Part shown: positions 11,653-23,336 of the stretch, piece after piece
How positions within the stretch are numbered: position 1 is the first letter of the stretch
Layout of the letters: the number at the start of each line of letters is the position of its first letter
NCBI RefSeq assembly: GCF_006345805.1
Contig: NC_043008.1
Span: 14,818,001-14,882,000, forward strand
From: Octopus sinensis
Lineage: Eukaryota
Direction of reading: 5' to 3'
DNA length: 64,000 nucleotides
Notes under the pieces: model-generated
What the model was told of the DNA's origin: nothing
Seen by the model: only the letters and a program-made list of their open reading frames with translations
The model's database searches: none
Made by a program: the position numbers and the translations under genes

Positions 11653-14060
11653 TACATACATACACATATCTATGTGGAGTGTGTTGAATCTTTGTGTTTG
11701 TTCCCTGCAATTGGTGTTGGTGTGTTTATGTCCCCATAAGCTAGTGGTTCAGCAAAAGAGACAGAGAGAATAAGTAGAAGGCTTAAACAGACAAAAAAAA
11801 AATCTAAGGGTTAATTCATTGACCGCAGTCTAATGATCGAAACAAGTAAAAACTAAAAAGATAAAAAAGAAAGGAAATGTTTTGGATTTTGGCCATTTAT
11901 TGCAAAAATACGAAATGAGTGCACCCATGCAACCATCTATAAAATGGCAGAATTTGCATATGTGATTCCAGTCTGAACACATGATTCGTTTATATTCCAT
12001 GATAAATGGATATGAAGACACAGGGACGACTGTGTGGTTGAGAGGGTTCACTTTGCAATCAGGCAGCAGTTTCAGGGTCAGTCATATGAAGAATAGCAGA
12101 CAATACAACAAAACATAGAAACCCACGTGCCCTACATTAATCCACCTCATTGAAATCTCAAAAGCACAAGATAATGCAGGATTAATTGAAAACAGGTGAA
12201 CGGCTTAGTGGTTAGAGGTAGTGAGTTCAATTACTGGACCGGGAAGTGCATTGTGATCTTGAGCAAGACATTCTATTTCATGTTGCTCCAGTAAACTGAG
12301 CCATAGAAACGAGTTGCGATGTCACTGGTGTCGAGCTGCATTGGCTTTTGTCTTTCCCTTGGATATAATTCGTGGGTCTTCCATAAAGAACCTTGCGTGG
12401 ACTTGTGTCTCAGTGAGTAACTTTCTAGGTGCAATGCCATGGGGATTCATGACCGAAGGGAGTATTTACCAGATCAAAATAATGTGAATAAGCATTGCAT
12501 TTGACAGTAATCTGAACGATAAAGGGTAATGAGCCGTCAGGAAGACTTCTATACTGTTGTTCAGTTTGCTAAACGTAGCAACTGAATCAATGTTTGTAGT
12601 AAAGCTGCCCATTATAATCGCTTAAAACGTTATCAAATGCTTATGTGGGTCCCAATCCTGTCCAGGATATTGTTATATCTTTTACTTAAAGGTACCAGTT
12701 ATTGTTATTTAAGATTCCGTTTTAACGTGATCACAATAAGTGCCCTCCCATATATATATAATCAAAGTCAAATTCGATGACTGACATCCATGCTAGTGGA
12801 GCGCTAAGAGCACCATCCGAGTGTGATCGTTGCCAGAGCAGCTAACTGGCTTCCATGCCGGTGGCACGCACATAAAAAGCACCCTTCCAGCGTCGCCTTA
12901 CTGGCACTTGTGCCGGTGGCACATGAAAAAACAGTTGAGCGAGGTCGTTACCAGTACCGCCTGACTGGCCCTCGTGCTGCTGGTACGTAAAAGCACCCAC
13001 TACACCCTCGGAGTGGTTGGCGTTAGGAAGGGCATCCAGCTGTAGAAACTCTGCCTGGTGCAGCCATCTGGTTCGCCAGTCCTCAATTAAATCGACCAAC
13101 CCATGCTAGCATGGAAAGCGGACGTTAAACGATGATGATGATGATATATGTGCGTGCGTGTAGGCATAACTCCAGACATAAACAAGCCCCAAAAACGGTG
13201 GTAGGGTTTCAAAGTCACTGAGCAAGGGTCTTAGTATTTCAGCGATTATTCTCCATGCTAAACCGCCAGCTGGCAGGATAAAACGTAAAGGGATGTCAAA
13301 TCCTGTACTCAACAAAAGGCGTATGTATGTACGTATGTGTGAATGTTTTGAAGATGTACTTGTCCGGCAAGTGATTTAACCTAATACCTATTTCTATACT
13401 ACCCACAAAGGGCTAAACACAGAGGCGACAAACAAGGACAGACAGACGGATTAAGTCGATTACATCGACCCCAGTGCGTAACTGGTACTTAATTTATCGA
13501 CCTCGAAATGATGAAAGGCAAAGTCGACCTCGGCGGAATTTGAACTCAGAACGTAACGGCAGACGAAATACGGCTACACATTTCGCCCGGTGTGCTAACG
13601 TTTCAGCCAGCTCGCCACCTTATTTGATTTGACCTAATACCGTTGTGTGTGTGATGAGTGATTGATTTTGGGAGAGGATATAATCGATTAAATCAATCTA
13701 GCAGTGACTGATTACTTTATTATCCGTGATAGAACGAAGTTGACATAAGCGGGAATTGAACTAGCATTAGATATCGGTTTCAAATTTTAGCACAAGGCCA
13801 GCAATTCCGGCACAGAGGTTAAGTCGATTACATCGACCCCCCGGTATTCAACTTGTACTTTCACCGACCCCCGAAGGGGACCAAAGACAAACCAAACCTC
13901 AGTGGGATTTGAACTGAGGACGTAACGATGGACGAAATGCTGCTAAGCACTCCGACCGGCGTGCCACGATTCTCCCAGTTCGCCGTCTTCCCTCGCGTTA
14001 CGGATATTATTCCGCAACAAGGGACAACCACATCGTTATTGTGTACAGTTAAAAACTTAC

Positions 14061-14113
14061 CGATCCATCTCCTCCTCCATTTCCTTCAGCTTCTCTTGTG
14101 TAAGCATCGCCAT
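14061..14113 (-). CDS. RBM42: RNA-binding protein 42, coding exon 1 (MAMLTQEKLKEMEEEMD/R)
   Basis: ATG at 14113; resembles the RBM42 N-terminal 'LKEMEAEM' motif; donor CG|GTAAGT at 14060; phase 2 joins exon 2 in frame. Not annotated as such in the ORF track. Confidence 0.9.
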
Positions 14114-14235
14114 TCTGTCTTCTTCTTCTTCTTCTGATCGATGTATCAAGTGAGATGAGAAAAGTTGAGGGGGAAAAATTAAACCCGAAACAAATCAAAT
14201 TTTTAAACGAACAGAAAATACGATCGCCGACATTA

Positions 14236-14243
14236 ACGGAAGT
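14236..14243 (+). promoter_or_regulatory. ETS-type site (ACGGAAGT) in the CpG-containing RBM42 promoter/5' region
   Basis: Motif about 125 bp upstream of the ATG in a locally CpG-rich stretch; function inferred. Confidence 0.4.
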
Positions 14244-15174
14244 CGCGGTGGAGTCGTTTATTGCCATACAATACCGAAGAGTGAAACAAGGACGACAACT
14301 CTGTAGCGGTGTTAAAATTAATTTATATTTTATTGACTATGCAGTCTACAATGTAATTATAGTAAAAATGAAGCGCATCGCATACATTTGGGCATTCTTT
14401 CGATATGAGTCCCATTTACGTTACGTGTATTTGTTTATATTTGAAGAAGAAGATCGTCCCTTTTCGTAAAATTTTAATTTTTTTTTATATATGTGGGGGG
14501 TTAGGGTTAGGGGTGGGAGCAAGGGTATCTTTTTTTTTTTCTTCAGAAATGTAAATAAACCCACGTGGGTTTATAAGTGACAGTTATGTTACTAGTAACG
14601 AATGATCGCCAATAATTGTCATACACTGCTATTCAAAAACTAAGAACACCCTGACAAGTACATCCGTTCATACACTGTGGTGAATAAAAATCAGTGAGAT
14701 GGTCACGGTTGGAACGTTTTTGATCTATAGGTGTGCTTTATTTTATACTAATTTCAATGAAGATGCCTCTATGTGGTCGGTCGACCTTCTAGAAATGTAA
14801 CCAAATCTCACTAATATAAAAAAATGCTCAGTATTGCAAAACAACGTTGAATTAATTCGTATTTCGTCTAGCAGCTAACAATTTCGCTTTTTCATACTTC
14901 CTCCTTCAACTTAGACATATCTACCTCAACAAATTGTGTAGAGCTAGTCACTTTCCCCGTCTGCTTTTCTTAATCATTTATTCTTTTACTTGTTTCAGTC
15001 ATTTGACTGTGGCCATGCTGGAGCACCGCCTTTTAGTCGAGCAAATCAACCCCAGCACTTATTCTTTGTAAGCCTAGTACTTATTCTATTGGTCATTTTT
15101 GCCGAACCGCTAAGTTACAGGGACGTAAACACACCAGCATCGGTTGTCAAGCGATGTTGTGGGGATAAACACAG

Positions 15175-15207
<33 letters not shown>

Positions 15208-16306
15208 CATATACGACGGGCTTCTTTCAGTTTCCGTTTACCAAATCCACTCACAAGGCTTTGGTCAGCCCGAGGCTATAGCAGAAGACACTTGCCCAAG
15301 GTGCCATGTGTTTGGTAAGCAAGCTACTTACCACACAGCCACTAAGAAGAACAGACTTTTTAATGATCTAAATAACTTTTAAACGTCATTTTGTTCTTAT
15401 ACCTAGTTGTCAAGCTGGAGTGAAATTCAAAAAAGTGAATTTGTTTTGGTGAAAAGCAAAACAACACCAAAGTAAAACTTACAATTACGAACAGGAGTGC
15501 TACTACTTAGTAAAAAAAAAAAATATCGAATTTACTTTATCAAGCTTCTTTCGTGATTATTTACAGGACTGAGATTATTTATGGGGAAGAAAAGATATCG
15601 AAAAAGAAATATATATGTGCAGGTATGACTGTGTTGTTAGAAGTTTGCTTCCTGACTAGATGGTTTCGAGTTCGGTCCCACTGCGTGGCACCTTTGGCAA
15701 GTGTCTTCCACTATAGCCTTGGACCAAGCAGACCTTTGCGAATGTTTTTGGTAGATGGAAATTGAAAGAAGCCCGTCGTATGTGTGTGTGTGTGTAACTG
15801 TCCTCCACTACCGCTTGACAACCCATGTTTATGTGTTTACGTCTCCATAACTTAGCGGTTTGGCTGAAGACACTGATAGAATAAATACCAGGCTTTAAAA
15901 AAAAGCAAGTATTGAGGTCGATTCATTCGTCTGAAAATTCAAGATAGTGCGGCACAGTCTAAATCTGGCAGTAGTCATTTCTGGCCAAGCAATATAAAAG
16001 CAAAATCAAATTCTTAGAGGAAGAGTACTCTCTTCCAAACACATGGCTCTTCTTATGGACGCAATGATAAACTAGAGTAACATGTTGCTGCGACTTCAGC
16101 TATGTGGGCAGTGGAGGTATTCGATTGGCTAAACTCATGTAACTAAATGCTTGTAATGTCTTTATTGTTAAAATTCTAGTGGGAAAAAAATGAATGCAAT
16201 TTTCATTATCCACAAGCAAAAATACACCAAAATTAAATTTCTTTTTAAATGTTCTTGTGAAAATTTGAAATACTATAATAAAGAAAGTATGAAGAACTAT
16301 ACAATC

Positions 16307-16725
16307 CAGGAGTGGTTGTGTGGTAAGTAGCTTGCCTACCAACCACATGGTTCCGGGTTCAGTCCCACTGCGTGGCACCTTGGGCAAGTGTCTTCTACTA
16401 TAGCCTCGGGCCGACCAAAGCCTTGTGAGTGGATTTGGTAGACAGAAACTGAAAAGAAGCCTGTCGTATATATGTATATATATATATATATATGTGCGTG
16501 TACGTTTGTGTGTCTGTGTTTGTCCGCCTAGCATTGCTTGACAACCGATGCTGGTGTGTTTATGTCCCCGTCACTTAGCGGTTCGGCAAAAGAGACCGAT
16601 ACAATAAGTACTGGGCTTACAAAGAATAAGTCCCGGGGTCGAGTTGCTCGACTAAAGGCGGTGCTCCAGCATGGCCGCAGTCAACTGACTGAAACAAGTA
16701 AAAGAATAAAAGAGTAAAAGAGTAA
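16307..16725 (+). mobile_element. tRNA-derived SINE family A (about 400 bp, internal (TA)/(TG)n), about 20 copies
   Basis: A box TGGCTGTGTGG, B box GGTTCAGTCCC, CORE-like CCTTGGGCAAGT. Other copies include 2245-2575, 6163-6557, 10021-10465, 14981-15345, 21951-22345, 23030-23500, 23755-24125, 27310-27690, 30358-30765, 38385-38735, 40010-40350, 47505-48865 (three), 53587-54000. Confidence 0.9.
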
Positions 16726-16996
16726 TCCATTGAGGGATGTTTAAACAACCCAAAACATTGACAGTACGTAAATGTTGCTTCAACACCAACAAACGATTAA
16801 GCATCAACATGTTGAGCTGTTATCTTTTGTTATTTAAGAATACTCGATCTTGTTTTTGTCACGCATTGATTAATTTCCTTGGGCAGTTTTCTGTTGCAAT
16901 GCTCTCAACTTGTATATCGGAGGTCAATGACATTTTGTTACACACACACACAAATGTATGCATATATATACCCATATATATATATATATATATATA

Positions 16997-17205
16997 CTTT
17001 ATTTAAAGTAGCAGAAAATTCAACAAAACCTGTTACTCTGAGTTTCGTGTTGCCGTTCATCGGACAGTTTTTGCTAGCAACGCGAAACTCAGAGTAACAG
17101 GTTTTGTTGAATTTTCTGCTGCTTTAAATAAAGCATATTACTCTACCACTAGTATTTGAGTACTCTTTTTTCCACCTTGTTTCACATTTATGTGTTTACT
17201 CCGGT
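16997..17205 (+). mobile_element. PLE-type foldback remnant in (TA)n
   Basis: 57-bp arms at 16997-17053 and 17077-17133, 3' extension to about 17205, TA flanks, hammerhead motif. Confidence 0.6.
17030..17067 (-). ncRNA. Minimal hammerhead-like motif with variant core CCGAUGA
   Basis: Minus strand CTGT-CCGATGA-ACG(GCAA)CAC-GAAAC-TCAGA-GTA^ACAG; helix I CTGT/ACAG, self-complementary helix III ACTC/GAGT; helix II is weakened in this copy. Confidence 0.6.
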
Positions 17206-17228
17206 ATATATATATATATATGTCGTGC

Positions 17229-17992
17229 TCAAGAACACAACACACATTTTTGCCAACGAATTACAAGTTTGTTTATTCCGGTAACATAAAAATCTGGAGT
17301 TCTGGAGCTGATGAACTCTTTGAACGCACTTTCAGCATCGGTTTGATTTTTGAACTCCTTCTCTCGCAGGAAACCATCAAGGTGCTTGAAAATGTGGTAG
17401 TCGATAGGAGAAAGGTCTGGGGAATAAGCTGGGTGGGGAAGAACTTCATAGCCAAGTTCTCTCAACTTCTGGAGTGTCATTAGTGAAACGTGTGGTTGAG
17501 CATTGTCATAAAGAATGACTGGCCCTCTTCTGTTGACCAGTCTGGGACAGAGGAGTAGCAGTTTTTCGTTCATTTTAGCAATTTCATGGCAATATTGTTT
17601 TTGCAGTAATGGTTTTCCTGGGTTTTAAGAAGTTATAATAGATGAGTCCAGCAGTACACCACCAAACAGTCACCATAACCTTCTTTTTGAAGAGATCGGG
17701 TTTAGGGAAGGTTTTCGGTGCTTCATTTTGGTCAAAACTCTGCGAAGAACGTTTTTTTTTTTATAGTACAGAATCCACTTTTCATCGCAAGTTACAATAC
17801 GGTTGAGAAATGGATTGGTTTAGTTACGGAGAAGCGATGAGCAAATTTCATATCTATGCATTTTCTGATTTCCATTCAAATCGTGTGGTACCCATTTGTC
17901 ATGATTATTTGATTTTCCGATCACATGCAAATGGTTGCACGCAGTTTTCTGGCTAACTTGAAGATCTTTTGCCAGTTCTTGAATGTCTCCCA
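17229..17992 (-). mobile_element. Decayed mariner (DD34D) transposase
   Basis: KWVPHDL, RIVTCDEKWILY, YDNAQPH, HPAYSPDLSPIDY motifs; interrupted by stops and frameshifts. Confidence 0.92.
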
Positions 17993-17999
17993 TATTGAA

Positions 18000-18842
18000 T
18001 ATACATTCATCCCAGAGCTTCCAAGCTATTACAAAAAACTCCAGGCTAATTTCAGCAATGGCGAAGAAAAGATTACTGAATCAGCAGGATGGGGAGATGA
18101 CATGAAATTTCTATTTCATTTGACCAGAGTTTTTCGTTTCTTTGAAGAAACTGGCAAATTTCCTACTGTAAAGTTTCAAAAAATACCCAACTTAGGCAAT
18201 GCAAGATGGAATTCTTGCACAATACTAGCTTTATTGGCATTTATTCTTCTACAAGAGAAAAGAGTTTTGTTTCTCAATGTTTGTCGATTTATCTCTTACA
18301 GCTGAGCAGATTTTTGGTGGCAGTTGAGGGAAAAGTGATGACTAATTTAAGAAAGGAGTCGACAACCTAAAGGTTTACCTTTTGGCCCTAATCAATAAGT
18401 TTTTCTCTTGCTGGGAAGTAAAATTTACTACATCAACAAACTTGGTTCTACTCCACCCTTATAAATAGTGATTATATTTCAGCGATTGTCATGATTAAGA
18501 AGTTATGTGGTAGCCAGCAAGATCTTAAAAAAGCATTGAATTCTGTAAAAAAACTTTTGGAGTCGAGAACCGTCAAAACTGGAAATTCCCAGAATAAATT
18601 AGAGTGCAGAACAGGCAATCAAGTGGTTTCAAGATCTTTATAATGTTTGTACAAAGAAGGAGAAACTTCAGCTTCGATTTATTTTATCTAACAAAACATA
18701 TTAATTCTTTGTTATGCTTAAAAATTTGCAAACATTCAGCACCTTTTTCTTATACAGTTATTTAAAATTGGAATTAGACCTGTAAAGGTAAAAAATATGT
18801 AGTTTTTAATTTTGTATGTTATTGAATGCTTCTAGTGCCCTC
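18000..18842 (+). mobile_element. Decayed DNA-transposon fragment, possibly Sola2-like
   Basis: KFQKIPNLGNARWNS...FISYS*ADFW and KALNSVK...SREPSKLEIPR..SAEQAIK...LRFILSNK in shifted frames; right end ...GTGCCCTC (GAGGGCAC on minus). Family assignment is inference from memory. Confidence 0.45.
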
Positions 18843-18975
18843 TATCTTAAAATAGCCTAGTTTCGAACCTTTGCATAGAACTGGGTTTCCTACCAGCAGT
18901 ATAATGGATAGATATTATCCCTTGGTTGGTTGGATTAACAACCTCTAACTCTTTTGGAATTATATATATATATAT

Positions 18976-19179
18976 ATACTTAATAAATAGGGTTCAGCAA
19001 AGATTTGCTTTACCACATACCGAAATTTAGAAATAGCAGCCAAAAGCAAATCTTTGCTGAACCCTATTTATTAAGTATTACTTATGTTTACCATGAAATG
19101 GTCCTTTTTTCATGCCGAATTCTGCTTGGTGAAATTATTGATTAATTCTTAATTAATTAATTTTACCCTTTGTTATTAT

Positions 19180-19182
<3 letters not shown>
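18976..19182 (+). mobile_element. PLE-type foldback remnant in (TA)n, third family
   Basis: Perfect 36-bp arms at 18976-19011 and 19043-19078, 3' extension, TA flanks. Confidence 0.5.
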
Positions 19183-19222
<40 letters not shown>

Positions 19223-19409
19223 GTGCCAGTGGCACGTAAAAAGCACCCACTACACTCTCGGAGTGGCTGGCGTTAGGAAGGGCATCCAGCTGTAGAAACT
19301 CTGCCAGATCAAGATTGGAGCATGGTGCAGCCATCTGGCTCACCAGCCCTCAGTCAAAATCGTCCAACCCATGCTAGCATGGAAAGCGGACGTTAAACGA
19401 CGATGATGA

Positions 19410-19472
<63 letters not shown>

Positions 19473-19738
19473 TGGTGCTCCATCATGGCCACAGCCCTAG
19501 GGCTGAAACACATAAAAGAATATATATATATATATAATATGTATGTATGTATGTATGTTTGTATGTGCGTATGAATGTATGTATGTATGTATGTATGTTT
19601 GTATGTATGTATGTTTGTATGTATGTTTGTATGTACGTATGTATGTATATGTGTGTGCAAAACCCATCGACTGTCAGTCAAGCCTGAAGATTCTGTTCAC
19701 CCCACAGGTGAAACAGAACAGCAAGACTGACTCGAAGA

Positions 19739-19781
<43 letters not shown>

Positions 19782-19903
19782 ACACACACACACACACACA
19801 GACACACAGATATTTACATGCACTTATATTATCTCGTTGCAACAACTATTCAACACGTTCCCCCACCGTTCTTTGCAGAAGGGACAACTGTCAATGTGTC
19901 ACC

Positions 19904-19912
19904 GCTTCCGGT
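19904..19912 (-). promoter_or_regulatory. ETS-type site (ACCGGAAGC) in the putative VAMP4 promoter/5'UTR region (about 19850-20210)
   Basis: Motif in a non-repetitive CpG-containing stretch about 300 bp upstream of the ATG; function inferred. Confidence 0.4.
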
Positions 19913-20211
19913 TGTTGTAAGTTTCAATTTGCGTCACCTGATTGTGGTGTGTTTCAGTCCGACGCTCCTCCTCCAAAACGAACCACGTTTGTTTCAATCT
20001 TGTTTCCTTCCTTGACCTTTCACCTGGCCTCTCTCCTCTCTTTCTTTCGCAATTAGTCACACCTCAGAAATACACACTCATTCAGTGGAGGGTGTCTTCA
20101 AATGTGAGTCGCTTCCTTAATTCCTCCTCCGTTTATTTCTAATAAATATAATCTTTCTGGCCGATCCACTGCTGACTTGGAAAGGAATATTTATTTCTTA
20201 AAGAAGTAAAC

Positions 20212-20277
20212 ATGCCACCGAAATTCGTTCGCAACCTTGGCGCTTCCGATGTGGCAGGTTCGCGCCCTGCTGAACTG
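20212..20277 (+). CDS. VAMP4: Vesicle-associated membrane protein 4, coding exon 1 (MPPKFVRNLGASDVAGSRPAEL)
   Basis: MPPKF start as in VAMP4; 66 nt; donor CTG|GTGAGT; too short for the ORF track. Confidence 0.9.
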
Positions 20278-20379
20278 GTGAGTGTCTTTTTTTTTCTTTT
20301 TTCAAAATTAAAAAAAAAAAAAAATATATATATCGTTTTAATTTAATAACTACTTGAATTCATAAACACCCACCGCCTT

Positions 20380-20612
20380 GGTACTCCTTTAGAACAGTGG
20401 TCCCAGTGCGCGCACTCGCGTACACGCCCTAGCTAGTCGTGACAAGTCGATCCTACCTAGCAAAGTAAATAAAACACAAAAACACAAAGTAAATAATTCT
20501 TTAACCAAAGTAAATAACACACAAAAAACACCAAGTAAGGATCGACTAGTCATGACTAGCCAGCGCGGATCCGCGAGTGCGCGCACCGGGGTCACTGTTC
20601 TCAAGTAGTACC
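20380..20612. mobile_element. MITE with about 75-bp imperfect TIRs and GGTAC termini (Merlin-like)
   Basis: GGTACTCCTTTAGAACAGTGG... versus ...CACTGTTCTCAAGTAGTACC; flanks CACCGCCTT and CACAGTCTC match 6/9. Confidence 0.65.
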
Positions 20613-22719
20613 CACAGTCTCCACAGTTCTCGTTCTGGTTAAATCAATAAGTCTTTGTTTACATTCCCATTCGTATTATATGAAAACGAGATATCACTAG
20701 CCAACACCCTTTGTCTGTTTTAGGGCTTAGAGATAACTACCTGAGGCTTAATATATATCTTTTTGGGGGATCAAATGATCTTTTAGGGGTAACTTAAAAT
20801 ATTAATTATGATAAACTGGTGTTCTGTTCATGGGAAAGTTTATCTTCCTGCTCTTTACATTGTGAACCCAGTGCTAACCCCAGGTTCTTAAAATATATTT
20901 TATATACGCGATATATATTATATATTATATACACTATTTACATTTAGTCAAGAGGAGAGGGTGTAGTGTACTTTAGCCTTTCTAGTTTCTTCCATATCAG
21001 GAAATAGTTGTTGGAAGATGAATGTTTTCGTATTTATTCGTTTTATTTACACAAAAAAGATTGAATCACAACTTAACTGTTGTATAAAGTTGGCGTAGTT
21101 GATGAGTGATTTTTCTTTGCCATTTTATTTCCGGATTAACCCTAGTCGTGCGAATATATACTAATAAACCATACCAGTCGTGTCTGTCCCATTTTAAAAC
21201 CAGTCTTAGTGTATCTGGGACTACATTATCTATTGTATCCTTCGTGATTTCTTTTTAAGAACGTAGATTGTGTTTTAAAGTATATTTGACTGCTATTTCT
21301 AGCAGGTGAAGTGACCACGACCACATATAGGCTCCGACATTGATTCGTCCGTTTGAATTGTGATTTTTTTTCAAACAGATGGAAAAATCGCCAGAAAATA
21401 GTTCCGCTTTGAGACCGAAGAGGGTTGAGTCAAGTGCTTGGTGATGTTTCCTATTATAGCACTGTCGGTTACCGAACTTGTTAACAATGACAAATATCAA
21501 CTTACATTTCCTACTTCCATGACAACCGCTGAAATATAAATCACTACTTATAAGGGTGGAGTAGAACCAGGTTTGTTGATGTGATAAATTTTTACTTCCC
21601 AGCGAAAGAAAAAACTTATTGATTAGGGCCAACAGGTAAACCTTTAGGTTGTCGACTCCTTTCTTAAATTAGTCATCACTTTCCCTCAACTGCCACCATC
21701 CGGTTGTATGTAGGTTGACAAAAAGGAGAGAATTTAAGATAATTCATTCTCTTTTTGTTTTGACTGTTTTGAGATTAACATTCTTTGGTGAAGGTAAAGA
21801 ATGCGCACACTACCCCGTTTTCGAAGGTTTAGGGTTAGGGTTACGCCGAAAACGGGTGGTATGCGTATTTCTTTACCTCCGCCCATTCCTTAAGCTAAGA
21901 ATCGGATGTTTCTGGACACTCCCACGTTAAGCTTTTTTTTGTGTATCTTTTTACTTGTTTCAGTCATTAGACTGCGGCCATGCTGGGGCACCTCCTTGAA
22001 GAATTTTTTGTCGAATGTACCGATCCCAGTACTTATTATTTTTTTTAAATGCCTGTTACTTATTCTGTCGGCCGCTTTTGCTGAACTGTTAAGTCACAGG
22101 GACGTAAACACACCAGCACCGGTTGTCAAGCGGTATGGAGGAGGGACAAACATAGACACAAATACACATATGCTCATATATATACGACGGGCTTCTTTCA
22201 GTTTCCGTCTGCCAAATCCACACACAAAGCTTTGGATGCCTTGAGGCTATAGTAGAAGACACTTGCCCAAGGTGCCACACAGTGGGACTGAACCTAGAAC
22301 CATGTAGTTGGGAAGCAGGTTTCTTACCACATAGTCACGCCTCCTTATACACATTTCTTAGGGTTCTCTTTCAGTTTCCCATTTAACTTCAATACAGCTG
22401 GTTCTCCTCAGTTCACCTTTGTTGTCCACCATCCCCTCAAATTTACAAATTCTACAGTAGCACTACTATATAGCAATGGAAACCAGTCTTATCACAGATT
22501 CATTCTCCTTTCTGCCAGTGGCATTTAAAAAGCACCTGGCACACTCTGTTAAGTGGTTGGCATTAAGAAGGGTATCCAGCCATGGAAACCATGCCACAGC
22601 AGACAGGTGGAGTCTGGACAGCTCCTAGCTGGTTAGCTCCATGTCAAACTGTCCAACCCATGCCAGCACGAAAAGTGCAGATGTTAAACGATGATGATGA
22701 TTTATGTATATCGCCTGTA

Positions 22720-23030
22720 TCAGCCAGGCTGTCTCATGCCGAGTTGACTCCACTGGCCACAACATTTGCTCCATTCCTCTCGTACTCTCTTGCCATTCTC
22801 CTCCACATTGTTCCAAATATTTATCTTAAATCATCTTCCCACCTGATTGGAGGTTTTCCGAGTGGTCTCTTCTGTTCGTGTGGGTACCACTCGACAACTG
22901 CACGGCTCCACCGATTGTCTTTCAACCTTGCACCATGACTGGCCCATTGTGGATTTGCATGGTGACATTCTGTGATGTCGTCCTTCACTCCAGTTCTGTT
23001 CCTGATCTCCTCGTTCCAGATGTGATCTCT
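22720..23030 (-). mobile_element. RTE-clade LINE 3' end
   Basis: IWNEEIRNRTGVKD...DNRWSRAVVEWYP..KRPLGKPPIRWEDDL; ends at an (ATC)n tail. Confidence 0.85.
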
Positions 23031-23226
23031 TACTCTTTTACTTGTTTCAGTCATTTGACTGTGGCCATGCTGGAGCACCGCCTTTAGTCGAGCAAATCAA
23101 TCCCAGGACTTATTCTTTGTAAGCCTAGTACTTATTCTATCAGTCTCTTTTGCCAAACTGCTAAGTTATGGCACCGTAAACACACCAGCATCAGTTGTCA
23201 AGCGATGTTGGGGGGGACAAACATAT

Positions 23227-23336
<110 letters not shown>

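Noticed and set aside
14155-14469. 104-aa ORF head-to-head with RBM42
   Set aside because: No recognisable motif; overlaps the promoter and runs into a repeat.
21370-21445. Possible cryptic exon (TTCAAACAG|ATGGAAAAATCG...)
   Set aside because: Hits a stop after about 21 codons, has only a weak donor and no VAMP4 similarity.
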